The notes: a model not told the origin generated them from the letters alone. Numbered from the whole stretch's first letter, positions 23,180 through 36,412 are shown. The stretch is 63,943 bases of DNA, filler included, from Piptocephalis cylindrospora (GCA_003614145.1; 20 parts of 20 records of this genome joined end to end with filler, not necessarily neighbours in it), one strand, 5' to 3'. Numbers and translations are program-made.

Positions 23180-24238
23180 TTGACGTATTTTCAATTTCCA
23201 TATCCATCACATAAAAAAGAATACATACTAGTACAACACAAGCATCAGTATCAAGTATACCTTATGGAAGGACCTGGAGAAGAGGAGGTGTGCAGGTGGT
23301 CAGGGATCTGCTGTATCCCATTGGAGGTCCAGGCCATTTGGATTTATCATCAACGACATTTCGAAGGCGGGTTGGAGGAAGAATGGACGCTGGAATCTGG
23401 AGGATGGACCCAAGGATTTTCCAGGCCTTGTTACTTCTGCTAAGGGAAATACCTCCTTCCTGCATATGGGATATGGGCCAATATCTTCATTATCGAGACT
23501 GGTCAAGGATTAACGGACCGGTGATGCCAAGGCATTGTATCATCCAAAAAGTCCTTCCATACTGGTATCAAAAATGGCACCATCGTTGTCACCATCATCA
23601 GGGATTTGGTCGGGAATTTTCCATCCGGTTTTACCTCCAAAAATTCAATCTTTGCTATGGACCTTTCATCAAGGTGCCCTATGGACAGCTCAGTCCCTTT
23701 CCTTCCGTGGCACATCTCCTATGTGTCCAAGATGTAGTGAAGAAGAGGAGACCATAAGACATCGATTCCTTGAATGTCCAACTTCCCAGACTCTTTGGTC
23801 CTATGTGTACCATCATTTGATGGAAGGACAAAGAGGAGATGGATGGGAGGATGTGATCCTCTCACTCTATGATCTTCCGGGATCACTAGGCTTTGAACCT
23901 AGTTTCCTGGTCATTGGATGCACATCTTGGTTTATTTATCGAGAAATTCTACGGATCGTGTCAAGTTCATCCAAGACGACGATCATGTCAGATTTAAAGT
24001 ACAAATTACGAATGTTGATGAGGACCAAAAGAAGAACGGCCATTGAAAGGGGAACGATGGAGAAATGGGAGGAGAAATGGAGGAGGTTACAGGAGAAGAT
24101 AGGAGGGATCGGAAGATCCATGGAAGAAGCAACGATATTGTGAGGAAGACTTCTGCATCTTTTTGAGATGAATCTGTGAAGAGACTTAGGAAAAAGGGAA
24201 GATTGTAATTTTCCCCAATACATTTCGCTGTTTACTAC
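23180..24238 (+). mobile_element. L1/Tx1-like non-LTR retrotransposon 3' fragment with zf-RVT domain
   Basis: PPKIQSLLW...CPRCSEEEETIRHRFLECP. It is frameshifted upstream and shares its 3' UTR with 18370-18447. Confidence 0.8.
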
Positions 24239-24381
24239 TCTTCATAAGCTAAATGTAATGAATTGGACGAAAGTATCGGACAGAGATTGGACAAAAACAA
24301 TGCCATTACATCCACAGACGCTCATCACATTCACAGATTCCCAGCACAGTATCCCATTTGCTCTTCCCCACCAAAACGGAC

Positions 24382-25944
24382 CTAGGTAGTCCCTTGAGCC
24401 TTCTTCCCAGCCTTCTTCCTATAGTACCGGGTCTCACTGGGGTCAAAGCCCTGCTCTTCACTGCCGTAGATGGCCCATGCCGGAGTGTCCGCCATGTAAT
24501 CAAGACTGGTAAAGTGATCGCCCTTGGCGACGAGGTCGTGGAAGCGATCATAGTCAATATGGGTCCTCCAGCCAGTAGGTCCCCCGCGGAAGCGGTCAGC
24601 AGCAACAAGGACAGAGCAGCTATGGGCGTGCTCACAAGCAATGGCATAGCCTCCACCGGGAATACGATCGACGATCTGTTGGGTAAAGTAGGCGACCTCT
24701 CGATGATAGGGAACGTGCTCCATGGTAATGGGAGAGGCTCCACTGTAGCCACAGAATGTGACACCCTTGATCTCGATAAAGTCGGGCTGACCACGGGCGA
24801 TGAGCTCGGCGTAAGCATCCATCTCATCCGTGTTAAACTCCTTGACAAGGGTGAGGCGATAGACGGTCCGTTGACCCTTCTTGCCTAGTGCTTCGAGGGA
24901 GCTGAGGAAGCGCTCCCAAAAGTCACGGAACAGGGGCCGGTCAATCTTCTTGAGACTATCCTTGGTGGCGGCATCGACGGAGACGTACAGCTGCGTGCAG
25001 GGAACCATGTTGGCAATGGCATCAGGGAACTGGGCGTTGGTGACGAGGAAGGAGGAGATGCGACGGGCGTGGAGGAGGCTGACAAAGTCATTGATGTACG
25101 GGTACATGATGGGCTCGCCGACGAGGGAGAGGGCGCAGTGACGAATGGTGCGGGCCTCGAGGAATCGGTCCATTTGGACGCCGGGGACTCCCTTGAGCTG
25201 TTTGATCATCTGATCGTGATTTTCCATGGCGCCTTCTAGGATAAAGGCGGGATCATCGATGTTCCAGCGCCACTCGGTGCCAACCGGGTTGGTGTGATGC
25301 CTCCAGCAAAAGACGCATTTGTTGGCACAGGCCAGACTGGGCGTGGTCTCCATGCACAGATGACTCTGAATTCCGTAGAAGGAGTGCTTGTAGCAGAAGC
25401 CTCGGCCACGCAGGGCAGCCTTGGTCCAACGACAGATCTTGACGCCCGAATGGGTACCAATGATCTTGTAGCCCTGTTTGGTGAGGGACTTGTGCAGGGC
25501 CGGGGTGACCATATCGGTGGGAGAGCGTTTCTTGGCCTTCCCGGACCTCTGGGACTCGCGTTCTTTCCGGGCTTCCTTGAGCTTCTGGGCCATAGAGCCC
25601 ATGTCCTCTAGGTCCATGAGTTCAACGGGCTCCTCCGTTGGAGTATCGTCATCCAGCTCTTCGTCCGTCTCATCCGTCTCCGAGTCATCATCCGTCTCTT
25701 CAGGGATATCCTGGGTCATGGTAGAGGCGGGTTGGTGAGAGCATCCTTGACCCGACTTCTCCCGTTCTTCTAGGATAGAGACAACGCCCTTGGACCATCT
25801 TTCAAAAGGCTCTTCCTGGCCTATGGATAGGCACGGTGAGGGGGGGGAAGGAAGGGAGAATGGATCAGTCAATCCATAGGAGAGGGGTGGTCAATCTTCA
25901 TGAGTTACACTTACCTGTGGCCTTATCGCCCTTGCCCTGGGGAA
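24382..25944 (-). CDS. TYW1: tRNA wybutosine synthesis radical-SAM enzyme (4-demethylwyosine synthase); 5' partial
   Basis: Motifs LTKQGYKIIGTHSGVKICRW, CANKCVFCWRH (CxxxCxxC) and ALSLVGEP. Intron at 25821-25914. Confidence 0.96.
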
Positions 25945-26333
25945 NNNNNNNNNNNNNNNNNNNNNNNNNNNNNNNNNNNNNNNNNNNNTTAATTAATTAA
26001 NNNNNNNNNNNNNNNNNNNNNNNNNNNNNNNNNNNNNNNNNNNNGGGGGGGGGGGGGGATTTGTATTCCTCTCTAAATCCTTTTCCGTGTCCATTCCCAT
26101 TGATCTAGGAACATTCCGGGCAGTGAATCTTCGATGGAGTCTGGATGGGAAGAGTATCGTCCTGTTGGATAAGGGGACCTTTTGTGTAGCCTTTCTCCTG
26201 GATGAATCCTGAATGGGCAATATACCTTTTGCATGCTATCGGATAGATTATGTTCTACTGTGGTTGTTACTGCCTCTGTAATAAAGTGACACCCTTCCCC
26301 CAAGGAGAAAAAAGAAAGCTTCCGATGCTCAGT

Positions 26334-27473
26334 TCACTGGATGCGCTCAGCCTGTCTCCGAGCCGCTCGAACCTTGGTGCCCAGACGATCCACCTCTTCA
26401 GTCATCTCGTCGAGCATGTCATTCTGAAGCTCAAGTTCACCATGAATGGCCTTGCCTATCTCCAGCTGCCTTCGAACCACAGACCCCAGGTCCTGGACCG
26501 CCTGGTCTTGCTGTTGCATGTGTCCCCTCTGTAGTTGTACAATGCCGGCATTATCCAAGCCCCGAGTTTCCTGGGTCTCGGGGGCTGTAGGAGATCTACC
26601 AAAGGCCCTTGTGGAGAAGGTGTGGCCTATGAAGGGCGAGTGAGATGGGGAGGATGAGGAGGGGGGAAGGGTTGCAGACCGGTCCCCCAGCAGCCCAGTC
26701 CGTTCCTCGGCTGGTGGTGTACTGGTCCGATTGAGGGGGGCAGCCACATCGGCTAAGCGCTCCAAAAGCCGACGTTCTCCCTTGAGTTCCTCCAACAGAT
26801 CCCCACGTCGTCGGGCCTCCCCATCTAGGATGGTGGATTGCTCCGAGGCCACTCGCAATTGGGATTCCAGGCCTTGAAGATCGGCTCCAAGATGCCTCAA
26901 TCGGCTCCGGGCCTCCAGGCCCTCTCGACGGGCCCCGGCCACCTCGGACCTACGAGCATAGGCATCCCGTCGATGAAGCCCGGCCCTAACCTCCTGCAAG
27001 CCCTCTTGGATTCGTCGGTGCACTTCCAACCAAGCTCGGGAGGACATGGCTTCGGCGGATCCCTGGATGGATCTTGCCACAGGGATGTCCAGGAAGTTCT
27101 TCCATTCATTCGTCTCCCTCCACCGGGCATCCTCGTCTTCGGCGATGGCTCGAAGGTAGGACTGGAGGCCGATACGACGGGCCTCCAAGGAGGCAGGATT
27201 CAAGGCCGAAGCGGAGAAGAGAGGGATGCGAAAGTGCTTAGGTGGCAGCGGGAGGGGTGGGGGATGTTGAGGGAACTGCTGGAGGAGGGTATCATGCAGC
27301 TGGGTAAAATCCGAGTATCGGTGCCGCACGGACCAGGATCGTAGCGGGGTGGTTAGGGCAACCTGGTAGGTGGTGGGCGATGGGTCGGTGTGGTAAGCGG
27401 GGACCCGGATGGAGAGTAGAGTCTCGTCCTTACCCTTGTGAAAAGAGTTACAAAGACCACTATCACGGGACAT
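26334..27473 (-). CDS. VAM7: Vacuolar Qc-SNARE with PX domain
   Basis: N-terminal PX domain (HRYSDFTQLH, PLPPK, RRIGLQSYL) and a C-terminal SNARE coil (QQDQAVQDL...IHGELELQNDMLDE) with no TM helix. The exact start is uncertain. Confidence 0.85.
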   Translation of the reverse strand: MSRDSGLCNSFHKGKDETLLSIRVPAYHTDPSPTTYQVALTTPLRSWSVRHRYSDFTQLHDTLLQQFPQHPPPLPLPPKHFRIPLFSASALNPASLEARRIGLQSYLRAIAEDEDARWRETNEWKNFLDIPVARSIQGSAEAMSSRAWLEVHRRIQEGLQEVRAGLHRRDAYARRSEVAGARREGLEARSRLRHLGADLQGLESQLRVASEQSTILDGEARRRGDLLEELKGERRLLERLADVAAPLNRTSTPPAEERTGLLGDRSATLPPSSSSPSHSPFIGHTFSTRAFGRSPTAPETQETRGLDNAGIVQLQRGHMQQQDQAVQDLGSVVRRQLEIGKAIHGELELQNDMLDEMTEEVDRLGTKVRAARRQAERIQ

Positions 27474-28742
27474 GAGGAGGATGGAAGAGGAAAGATGAAG
27501 AGGGGTAGGGAGGAAGAGAAGAAAGATGGTGATGAAAAGGTGGTGGATAGCACACTGAGATAGGGTAGGACATATGGCTCACTTACATAGGAAAGACCCC
27601 AAAAAGGGGAAGTCCCACATTGATTACCCCGCCCCAAGGTTGGGGAGGGCGCACAGGCAAATGATGATTCAGGTGACGGAGGGTTTAGTCGCAGCAGAGG
27701 GGCACGCTCAAGAGGATAGAGGCCGGGGAAATCGGAGGGGGGGAGCCTTAATCAAAAATAAACAATGCTCATGTTAAAATGAGGGGCGAAATAAATTGGC
27801 ATTTTCCCTCGGGAAATTTGAATAGTCACGCTAATGCTGCTTTGAGGAGTGTGTGATGAGAGATGGATATGGCCTTTTAGTGCTCGATCATTGAATTTGA
27901 GATGCTCCAGGATGATGTCAGGTTTTCTATCTATACTTTATCGGATTCAATGGTGAAACTGCCCCCACACATTACATCTAGAAGTGGTTCATGGGTCATG
28001 ATGAGAGTCCAGCCCTTCAATCGAGACGTCCATGGAAATGCCATATTCCCGTAGATCCCCAAGTATGCAGGAAGGCCAGGGACATCCCCTTGCCACCTCC
28101 CCCCATAGGCCCCCGGACCACGAAATGTCCTATCCTCAGATACAGCAGGCGGGCAAGGATACCTTCAGGAAGGTCGGGAGGAACGGGCATATGAATTCGT
28201 TTTACCACTAGGACAATGGGGAATCCGTGGGGAATCGACTGATCCTCAGTCCCATATACCACTGGTTCAGTCTTGGTACCTCGGACTGACTGCACACGCA
28301 CATCCTACCTTTTGATACCTGCGGAGCTTCGCTCCCCCACCCACCTCGCCCACAGTCCCTCCACCACTCATCACCCCTCTGTTGTCAGAGGCTCCGCCTG
28401 ATCTTCTGGTCCCGCCCGGTCAGCCCAACCAGGCCTTGCCCCGCGCTGCACCACACCGCACCGCTCTCTTCAATCCCCAATCCTTTTCCCTCCAGCCCAC
28501 GCTCATCACCCTTCTCCGCATACGAGGAACCAGCATAGGGCGGAGGAGAGAGTGTGAGTGAGTGAGTGAGTGAGTGAGTGAGTGAGTGAGTGTGTGTGTG
28601 TAGATGCTTCCTTTCCCCTCTTCTCCTCCTATATCCAACCCTCAGTCCCTTCCCACATCCACCCTGCGCCTCCCTTTCTTTTTCCTCCATCCCTTCTCAT
28701 CCCCTCCCTCTTCTCCGTCCTCCTCAAATAATCCATACGTAC

Positions 28743-29155
28743 CAGTGATAGGGGCTTCGACTTCAAGGAGGTTGGGCTCCTGCTTTAGCAGCTCAGCACC
28801 ACCCTGAATGATCGTCAGAGCCTGCTTCTCACTCAGCCTTCCCTCGGAACAAAAGTGCTTCTTCAGCAGGGCAAGATCCGGCAGATCGGGGTGATCAGCA
28901 GGAAAGAGCTCTTCATCCTTGGGAATGTGAGTGGCAGGGGGAGGCACATCTATGGGAGGGGGGATGAGTGGGGGAGAGAGGGAGATGGGGAGATCCGAGA
29001 CTAGACCTACCCTGAATGACGCGATCACGCGTCGACACCTTTTGGCCATCTTCGGTGGTCTGGATGGTAAAGTCCAGCTGGGGCACCGAGAATTTCTGGA
29101 CGGGGGCAGACTCTCCAGCGGCAATTTCTTCAGTAGGTTGAACAGGATCTGACAT
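28743..29155 (-). CDS. CNA1: Calcineurin A (PP2B catalytic subunit), first two exons only
   Basis: Exons 29155-29011 and 28949-28743 read VSTRDRVIQ/DVPPPA...LKKHFCSEGRLSEKQALTIIQGGAELLKQEPNLLEVEAPIT. Confidence 0.85.
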
Positions 29156-29314
29156 GTGGGGGAGCAAGGGAAGGANNNNNNNNNNNNNNNNNNNNNNNNN
29201 NNNNNNNNNNNNNNNNNNNTTAATTAATTAANNNNNNNNNNNNNNNNNNNNNNNNNNNNNNNNNNNNNNNNNNNNGGCAATTGAAGTGATAGGATCAATA
29301 GAGAAGAGACGTAC

Positions 29315-29746
29315 GTGCAGGACAAGTGTGGGAGCTCCTCTAACGTGATGGGATGGAACCGATGATCCTCCAGGGCACTAAAGTAGAAATTGAGTAGGGT
29401 TTTAGGATGTATATGGGGCCCGAGGGAAATATGGATGGTTCACCTGATCAAAGCATATTCCCCGAGACCTTTTCTAAGAGGCAAAGGGCTAAAATTTCCA
29501 ATGCATCCACGAAGCTCACCCTCTGACGAGTCATCGTCCTCTGCATGGATGTGCCAGGTGACAAACAGTGGGCTGGGTAAAATGGGAAAGTGAGAAGGGT
29601 ATACTTGGATAGGAGAGAATGGAAGACCAAACAACTTACAAGGACTCATCGGGAAGCGCTGCAGTAGAAGGACTGGGCTTGCCCTTTAACGAGGACTCGA
29701 GGACATCAAAGCAATAGGCTGGGAGAAGTGAATTTCCGGTATGCAT
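29315..29746 (-). CDS. AMMECR1: AMMECR1-domain protein; 3' partial
   Basis: Three exons: AYCFDVL, PLFVTW...LRGCIGNFSPLPL...EYALIS, and ALEDHRFHPITLEELPHLSC. The start is uncertain. Confidence 0.9.
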
Positions 29747-30423
29747 GGCTTGGAAGTTGGCTATAAGCTGGAGGATTCAGAATGGAGAGAAAGAGGGGGA
29801 GATGGGGGGTAGGACTGAGCAAGGGAGCTTGGGCATTCTTGCTGCCCTCCATTTTATACATGTGCACATTCATGGTCAGTGTGAAGTGGCCTTTGGGCTT
29901 GTGGACGCGAGAATCTGCCGTCAAATGGCTCGGACGAGCTTGAGAGGCCACCGTGTAATACTGGGGCCTGGCTTGGATCTGACAGGCAGGGCAAATGGGG
30001 AGAGGGAAAGTGAATAGTGGACAGGATGGTCATGAAGCGGAGATGCGATAGGATCTCAGATGTGCTGCTGGCCTTGTTGATATGCCCTGTATAAGCGGGG
30101 GGAGAGGGAGGGGCACGATGCTAGTATTAGATCTGAGCTTGCCTAGGTCGTAGAGGTCATGACACATTACCCAAAGCCAAACGCTGAATAAAATATGATC
30201 TCGAAATGGGAAAAATGGGTATAAAATTGGACGTGTGACATGGTCAATATTGTTAATGCACAGCTGAGATGAGGCCAAAGGAGTAACTTTTATTCTTTTT
30301 TTTTCTTCCGCCCGGTCAAGCGGACTGATCAGTAATGAAGCCACAATGAAGCATATCAAGCATTGGCCCTTCCCTACTTGGACTTTGTTTTCTTAAACTA
30401 TCATCACATCCTTCCATATCATC

Positions 30424-31305
30424 ATGTTCAAACGTGCCCGGTCTGAACTACTACGCAGTGCTATTGAGGGCAAGAGCTTCCTTGACCAGGGGGAGGAGGA
30501 GCCCAAAGTGACTACAAAAGGAGGTCGTGCGGGACAGAAGCGCAAGGCACGACGACAGGGTGAGGACCCTCAAACACTAGCAGACCTTTCCTCCTCTGAG
30601 GAGGATAGCGGAGATGATGATAGCGAGGAAGAGGAGGAAGAGGAAGAGGAAGAAGAGGAAGAGGAGGAGGAGGACGACGACGACGACGACGACGATAACC
30701 TAGAAGCTGGTTCAGATCAGGCAGAAGACGAAGATGTTTTGGAAGCGACCGAGGAGGAAGAGTTTACTTGCCATCTTTGTCCAAAGAAGCGGCTACGAAC
30801 GACCCTGGCTGTCGAAATCCATTTGAAGAGCAAGGTAAGTACTAGTCATGCCATTAGTCGCTGTTGGCTTCTCTTCCTTACCCATCCCCACCACACTTCA
30901 GGAGCATCTCAAGAGAGAGCGATCGCATCGGAAACAACAAAGAACCCCGGAACAAGTGGAGAAACTTAAAGCGAAGAATGCACGAAAGCGTGCTTCCCGG
31001 GAGGCTCGTAAAGCCAAGGTAGGATACTCTCAAAGTGCAGGGCAGGGCAGGAGAGGGAAGACCATCCATCCTTACACATCTTTTTATTGTACCCATCATA
31101 GGAAAAGGAGGACGCCAAGGCCAAGCTTGATGCGGGCAAGGCAGAGAAAGGCCAGGAGGGAGCGGGAAAAACTGGAAAGCCCAAGGGCGAAAAGTCCAAG
31201 GCCGAAGAGCCCAAGGCTGAAGAACCCAAGGCTGAAACCCCCAAAGGCAAGACCAATAAATCAAAGGCCCACAAGGTAGAAAAGAAAAAGGCAAAGACTG
31301 CTTAG
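30424..31305 (+). CDS. Acidic/basic low-complexity nuclear protein with one C2H2-type zinc finger, 3 exons
   Basis: Poly-E/D tract, CHLCPKK...EIHLKSK/EH spanning an intron, and a Lys-rich tail. Confidence 0.7.
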
Positions 31306-31472
31306 AACGATTGAAATAAATGATCACTTGCCAATAAAACACCATCTTTCCGGATACGTATCATTGTATGACTTTAAGGATGGAAAAACAAACCAAAATA
31401 CCCTTGTAAGACTCTCTTCACCCTTGCACTTCTCGGGATGTATGCGCCACAAAAGCCCATTTATTAGGTGAG

Positions 31473-32400
31473 CTATGATCGGCGAACAAAAGAGGTAGAG
31501 GGGCTCCCAAACCGATACCCGTTTGCACTAGACAGGGCATTAACGCCTGGAAAGGGAAGAGTGAGCAAATAGAGCATGGGAATGAAGAGATAATCAAGGC
31601 CCCTTTCCACTCTCCCCGCCATGACTTACCCTGTTGTCGGGCAAGACGTTTGCCATAAAGGTGATTCTTTTGGAATTTCTTGACCTTCTTGGACACTCCT
31701 GATCCTTGAGAGCCTGAACTTTGCATTTCCACCACTTGGATACCACTGTAGAAGAAAGAGAGGAGGAAAGGGGCTTTAGAAGATCTGATCCACACGTCCC
31801 ATCGATCAAGAAAGCACAATAGTATACGCTCCCTCATGAACTTACGCTGCTTTCCTTGAGGCCTTTAACCTGGCCTCCTCCTTACTCATCACATGCTTCT
31901 TCTTCTTCTTCTTCTTCTCTTCGGTTCTGGTCCCTTCATCTTGATCAAAAATACGCTTTATTCCAGCGAGAGGTTTGCTATAGGTGCGCGTGTAAGGAAG
32001 AGAGAGGGATGAGTGGATTTAATTATGGATTAGTCCACTCTACATTCAAAAAAAAGACTTACCCAGTGGAGCCAATGGCCTCCTTGACTTCCTTCTCCTC
32101 CTCTTCAACCTCCTTCAGGATACTAAGAGGAAGGCCGCCGACCACAGGGGCAGCCTCGGTGGAAAGCTGAGCCTCGATCCGTAGCTTCTTCTCCTTTTGC
32201 GCCTCTTTCCTAGCATCCTCGGCCTCCTTTCTTCTTTGCCGATCTAGAGCGGCTTGGGCCTCAGCGGCCATTTGAGCGGCCTTGACCCTTTCTAGAGCCC
32301 TAGTCCGACTACTCTTGAAGGATGCCTCCTCCGGGGCCTCTTCATCCGATTCATCTTGATCCTTCTGCTCAGAAGCTACCTTACCCTCCTCTTCCATCTC
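31473..32400 (-). CDS. Probable U3 snoRNP-associated protein (Bud21/NOL7-like); 5' partial, multi-exon
   Basis: SDEEAPEEASF motif, a coiled coil, LPLSIL, and a C-terminal KFQKNHLYGKR. Confidence 0.55.
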
Positions 32401-33354
32401 NNNNNNNNNNNNNNNNNNNNNNNNNNNNNNNNNNNNNNNNNNNNTTAATTAATTAANNNNNNNNNNNNNNNNNNNNNNNNNNNNNNNNNNNNNNNNNNNN
32501 GCAAGTGTGTTCGTATATGGGAGGGATTGATTAATGTTCGATGGGAGAGGGTGCCCCTTACCCGCTTGGGGAGGGGGGAGGGGAGGGGGGGACCAGAGGG
32601 GGTCAGATCAGTAGTGAGGCGGTAGTGTGCCGTGTTTTCGGAGATGGGCGGCCTATTATTCCCCCTCGCCTCCTCCTCTCCATACTACCAAGGGAAGAGA
32701 GGTGGGTCACACACTCAGCCCTACCATAGGAGTATGGGGCGCCCAAACCAAGATATATATATGTGTGTGTATGTGTATGTGAAAGATGGGATGGTGAGAT
32801 GGGATGGGGTGGGGTGAATTTGGGCTGCAGGTGAGGAGAGATGGGCAAAGTGGGAGACCTTCGGTGGCGGTAACTCCGTGGACCGCAGTTCTTGCGCCAT
32901 CCATCCAAAGCAAGGGATAATTGGTGCGGAAGATATAAAATCCATGATTTTATTTCGATTTCCTTTCATGGAATTTCGCATCGACAAGACATTTTGAAAA
33001 GGGGCTAAAAAGCACACTTTCTGATCATTATTTGGATCATGGATCACACGGGAAATAAAGTGATTTCACTTCGGTTTGTGGTAAAAAACACCGCCCTTTC
33101 CCTCCCCACCAACCATGGATGACCATCCTTCCCACAAAACGCCCCTCTCTATTCCACCGACATACGTTGTCTACCCCATCTTCCCACGCCCAGGGTTTCT
33201 CACCCTAAACATCCCCCCCACCTCGCCCACCCCACAAAAAAAGCCTTCGTTTGCGCCTGTTCTTTCCTTCTTTCCATCCTCAGCCTTGTTTCTTTCCCCC
33301 TCCCCCTCCCCCCCTCGCTCATCCTATCCTATCTTGCACACCTCGACAGACCAG

Positions 33355-34761
33355 ATGATCCCCTCATCCCTACCACCCCTCCGTCGACTCATTCCCTCCC
33401 TCGCCACAAGGAGATGGGCTCAAGGGGCTCTGAGTCCACTGGCCCAGGGGACTAGTCGTACCGTGTTGACACATCGGACCATGTCCACCAAGCTCTCCCG
33501 CTCCTCGGCCTCCAAGGCCGTCCAGCCCGAAAAAGTCATGTTCCCCGGGGCACGCGACTCCTACTTTACCTCTCAGTTTGGCTTCACGGCCGGTGAGGGC
33601 CAGGGTCTCCCAACCTTCCGGGCTATGGACGCCAACGGAAGGCTATGCGAAGGAGGCCCGACCGAGGAGGAGCTAGGAATCACCAAGGAGATGGCCCTAA
33701 GACTCTATAGAGAGATGGTCCAGCTCAACACCTTGGATGTCATCATGTACGAGGCTCAGCGGCAAGGCCGGATCTCATTTTACATGACAAGCTACGGTGA
33801 GGAATCCCTCATCGGCTCCGCATCCTCTCTCAGGCCCGAAGACGTCGTCTTTGGCCAGTATCGCGAAGCAGGCGTCCTCCTCTATCGAGGCTTTACCCTA
33901 CGTGAATTCATGGACCAGTGCTACGGCAGTGTCGGGGATTCGGGCAAGGGTCGGCAGATGCCCGTACACTTTGGCTCTGCCCGCCTCAACTTCCACACCA
34001 TTTCATCACCCCTCACGACCCAACTTCCCCAGGCCGCCGGGGCCGCGTATGCCTTAAAGCGTGAGTCTAGCGAGGAGGGCCGAGTCGCCATGTGCTACTT
34101 TGGAGAAGGTGCCGCCTCCGAGGGTGATTTCCACGCCGCCCTCAACATGGCCGCTACCCTCGGATGTCCCACCATCTTTTATTGTAGGAACAATGGCTTT
34201 GCTATCTCCACCCCCTCCACCGAACAGTACGTTGGGGACGGCATCGCCTCCCGTGGGATTGGATATGGCATTGAGACCATTCGGGTCGACGGGAACGATG
34301 TTTGGGCTGTGAAGTATGCCACGGAAAAGGCCCGGAAGATGGCTCTAGGTGATGACGGTAAGGGCTCCCCCAGACCCGTGCTGATTGAAGCCCTGACCTA
34401 CCGCATCGGCCATCACTCCACCTCGGATGACTCTTCAGCCTACCGGTCCAAGGAGGAGGTGGAGGATTGGCGTCGAAAGGACGATCCCATGACCCGTCTC
34501 CGTCGCTTCCTCGAGTCCCGGGACTGGTGGAATGCCGAGGAGGAAACGGCCCTTCGGGATGAGACCCGCAAGGCTGTTCTCTCAGAGTTTTCTCAGGCGG
34601 AGAAACGCGCCAAGCCTCCTATCTCTGACCTCTTCACTGATGTCTATGATGAATTGACCCCGGCCTTAAAGGAGCAGCAGCAGGAGATGGAACGCTTAGT
34701 CCGGGAGTACCCCGAATATTACCAGTCGGTCCGCGAGCACCAGGGTTCAGAGAATGTTTAA
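33355..34761 (+). CDS. BCKDHA: Branched-chain 2-oxoacid dehydrogenase E1 alpha subunit, mitochondrial
   Basis: Motifs QRQGRISFYMT, GRQMPVHFG, CYFGEGAASEGDFH...NN and YRIGHHSTSDDS. An Arg/Ser-rich transit peptide starts at Met 33355. Confidence 0.96.
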   Translation: MIPSSLPPLRRLIPSLATRRWAQGALSPLAQGTSRTVLTHRTMSTKLSRSSASKAVQPEKVMFPGARDSYFTSQFGFTAGEGQGLPTFRAMDANGRLCEGGPTEEELGITKEMALRLYREMVQLNTLDVIMYEAQRQGRISFYMTSYGEESLIGSASSLRPEDVVFGQYREAGVLLYRGFTLREFMDQCYGSVGDSGKGRQMPVHFGSARLNFHTISSPLTTQLPQAAGAAYALKRESSEEGRVAMCYFGEGAASEGDFHAALNMAATLGCPTIFYCRNNGFAISTPSTEQYVGDGIASRGIGYGIETIRVDGNDVWAVKYATEKARKMALGDDGKGSPRPVLIEALTYRIGHHSTSDDSSAYRSKEEVEDWRRKDDPMTRLRRFLESRDWWNAEEETALRDETRKAVLSEFSQAEKRAKPPISDLFTDVYDELTPALKEQQQEMERLVREYPEYYQSVREHQGSENV

Positions 34762-36412
34762 GGCTGGGTCAGAACAGGAATGTCATCCATGTCCACCAGC
34801 GATACCTTGGGTGAGGGCAGAAAAGTGGTTTCGTATACAGTCTATGAAAAGTCCGTTATTTTTTTGTCCTTGATGCTAAAATTCAGATACGCTTCTTTAG
34901 TCAGGTCTCTCCTCTGAGCGTCATCTTCGAAACACTCGCCTAGTGGTCATTGATATGACCTTGTATCCTACCAGTTCTAAAAAGCACCATGCATCATCCA
35001 ACCTTCCCTCTCCTACATTGCACATCCTCTCCTAGTTTTTGATGATGATGTATACCCGTTTTCCCACTCTTCCTCTAGTCGGGTGACCCCACAACCTCGT
35101 GTGCCCCACCATCGAACGTGTGGACACCCGTCATTCGTCCTCCCCACCTCACTCACACTGCCTTTCTCCCCCTGTCCGTAAAGGAAACATCGGGGTTTGA
35201 ATAGGGGGATATAGAGTGAATTGTAGATTAACAGTATGTCCTCATTGGTCCACCAGGCTGAGCCTTCCCTATCGAAATATATCCCATTTATTTCCCTGTG
35301 AAAGACCCCCCTTCTATCTTGCTCTCATTGTCCCTGTCCCTAAAGCTACTTGAATGAGAGTGAATGAATACTCAACCAGGTCCTGAGCATCTCATTTTGT
35401 TCTCCTTCTCTTCTGTTCTCCTTTTCTTCTACTCTCCTTCTCATCGACCCTGCCCATAAACACACCCTATGCCCCCCCCCTCTTAGTGCGTTCCCCATTC
35501 GATTCAGCGCCCAAGAGGAAGAGACGTGGAAGCTTCTCTTTATCCACTCCTTCCTGGTGACCCTAGGAGGATTAGTCCTGATTCATGGTGGATCCAGAAT
35601 CCTAAGGCTTCTCCTGGCCGCCCNNNNNNNNNNNNNNNNNNNNNNNNNNNNNNNNNNNNNNNNNNNNTTAATTAATTAANNNNNNNNNNNNNNNNNNNNN
35701 NNNNNNNNNNNNNNNNNNNNNNNGGGGAGACGAGTATAAGAGGGAGCAAGAGATGAGAGCAGTTCCCATCCTGGGGGGGAGGGATCTGCCAGTGCTGTCC
35801 ACTTACGGTATTCCAGAAGTCGAGAGAGGAACCGTCGTCCTGGTTGGCTGGGATGTGGGTAAGTGAAAAAAAAAAAGAAAAAAAAAAGCTGGCCAAGCAA
35901 GTCAGAGAGCGTGGCGCAGTGCCCTGGGAGATCAGGGAAGAGTGAGTAGACTGGGTTGGCTTACGGCGATATGCAGAGAGGAAAGCTCCCAGATATGGGA
36001 GAGGCTATGCGAGTACTGGTTGGCTGAACCCTGCCCAAACCCACAAGAGCTGAATAAAAATCCTTGTGATTGGCCAGGTCCAGAGACACTGCAGATAGGA
36101 CGGAATGAGTAGGGTCTTTCAGCCGAGAGTACAGGCTTTGTAAAGTGTGATATGGGTTCCTTAAAAGCGAGAAAAAAAGAGGTAGAAAGAGGTATATAAT
36201 GTATTGCAATCTGGCACAGTGGCCCACCGGAATCGCCCCATTTGAGGATCCACAGCGTGGACCATATCACAAACACACACCGAGGAGGAGGTCAGAGTCA
36301 GGGAAAAAAGGCCCATAGAGAGCGCCAATGTCTTGAGGAGCCATGAAAAGAAAGATCCAAGGATGAAAGTCAAAGGGGTGTAGCGAAATACTTGGAGACA
36401 AGCATTGTTGAA

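Noticed and set aside
24306..25738. Overlapping and antisense ORFs over TYW1 (similar ones overlie the kinases, VAM7 and the membrane proteins)
   Set aside because: They are shadow frames of well-supported genes and have no motifs of their own.
33115..33354. N-terminal extension of the BCKDHA ORF (likewise 62128-62337 for the MFS transporter and 14176-14529 for the MAK kinase)
   Set aside because: Pyrimidine-rich or tandem-repeat 5' sequence that is open by chance. The downstream Met gives the expected N-terminus.
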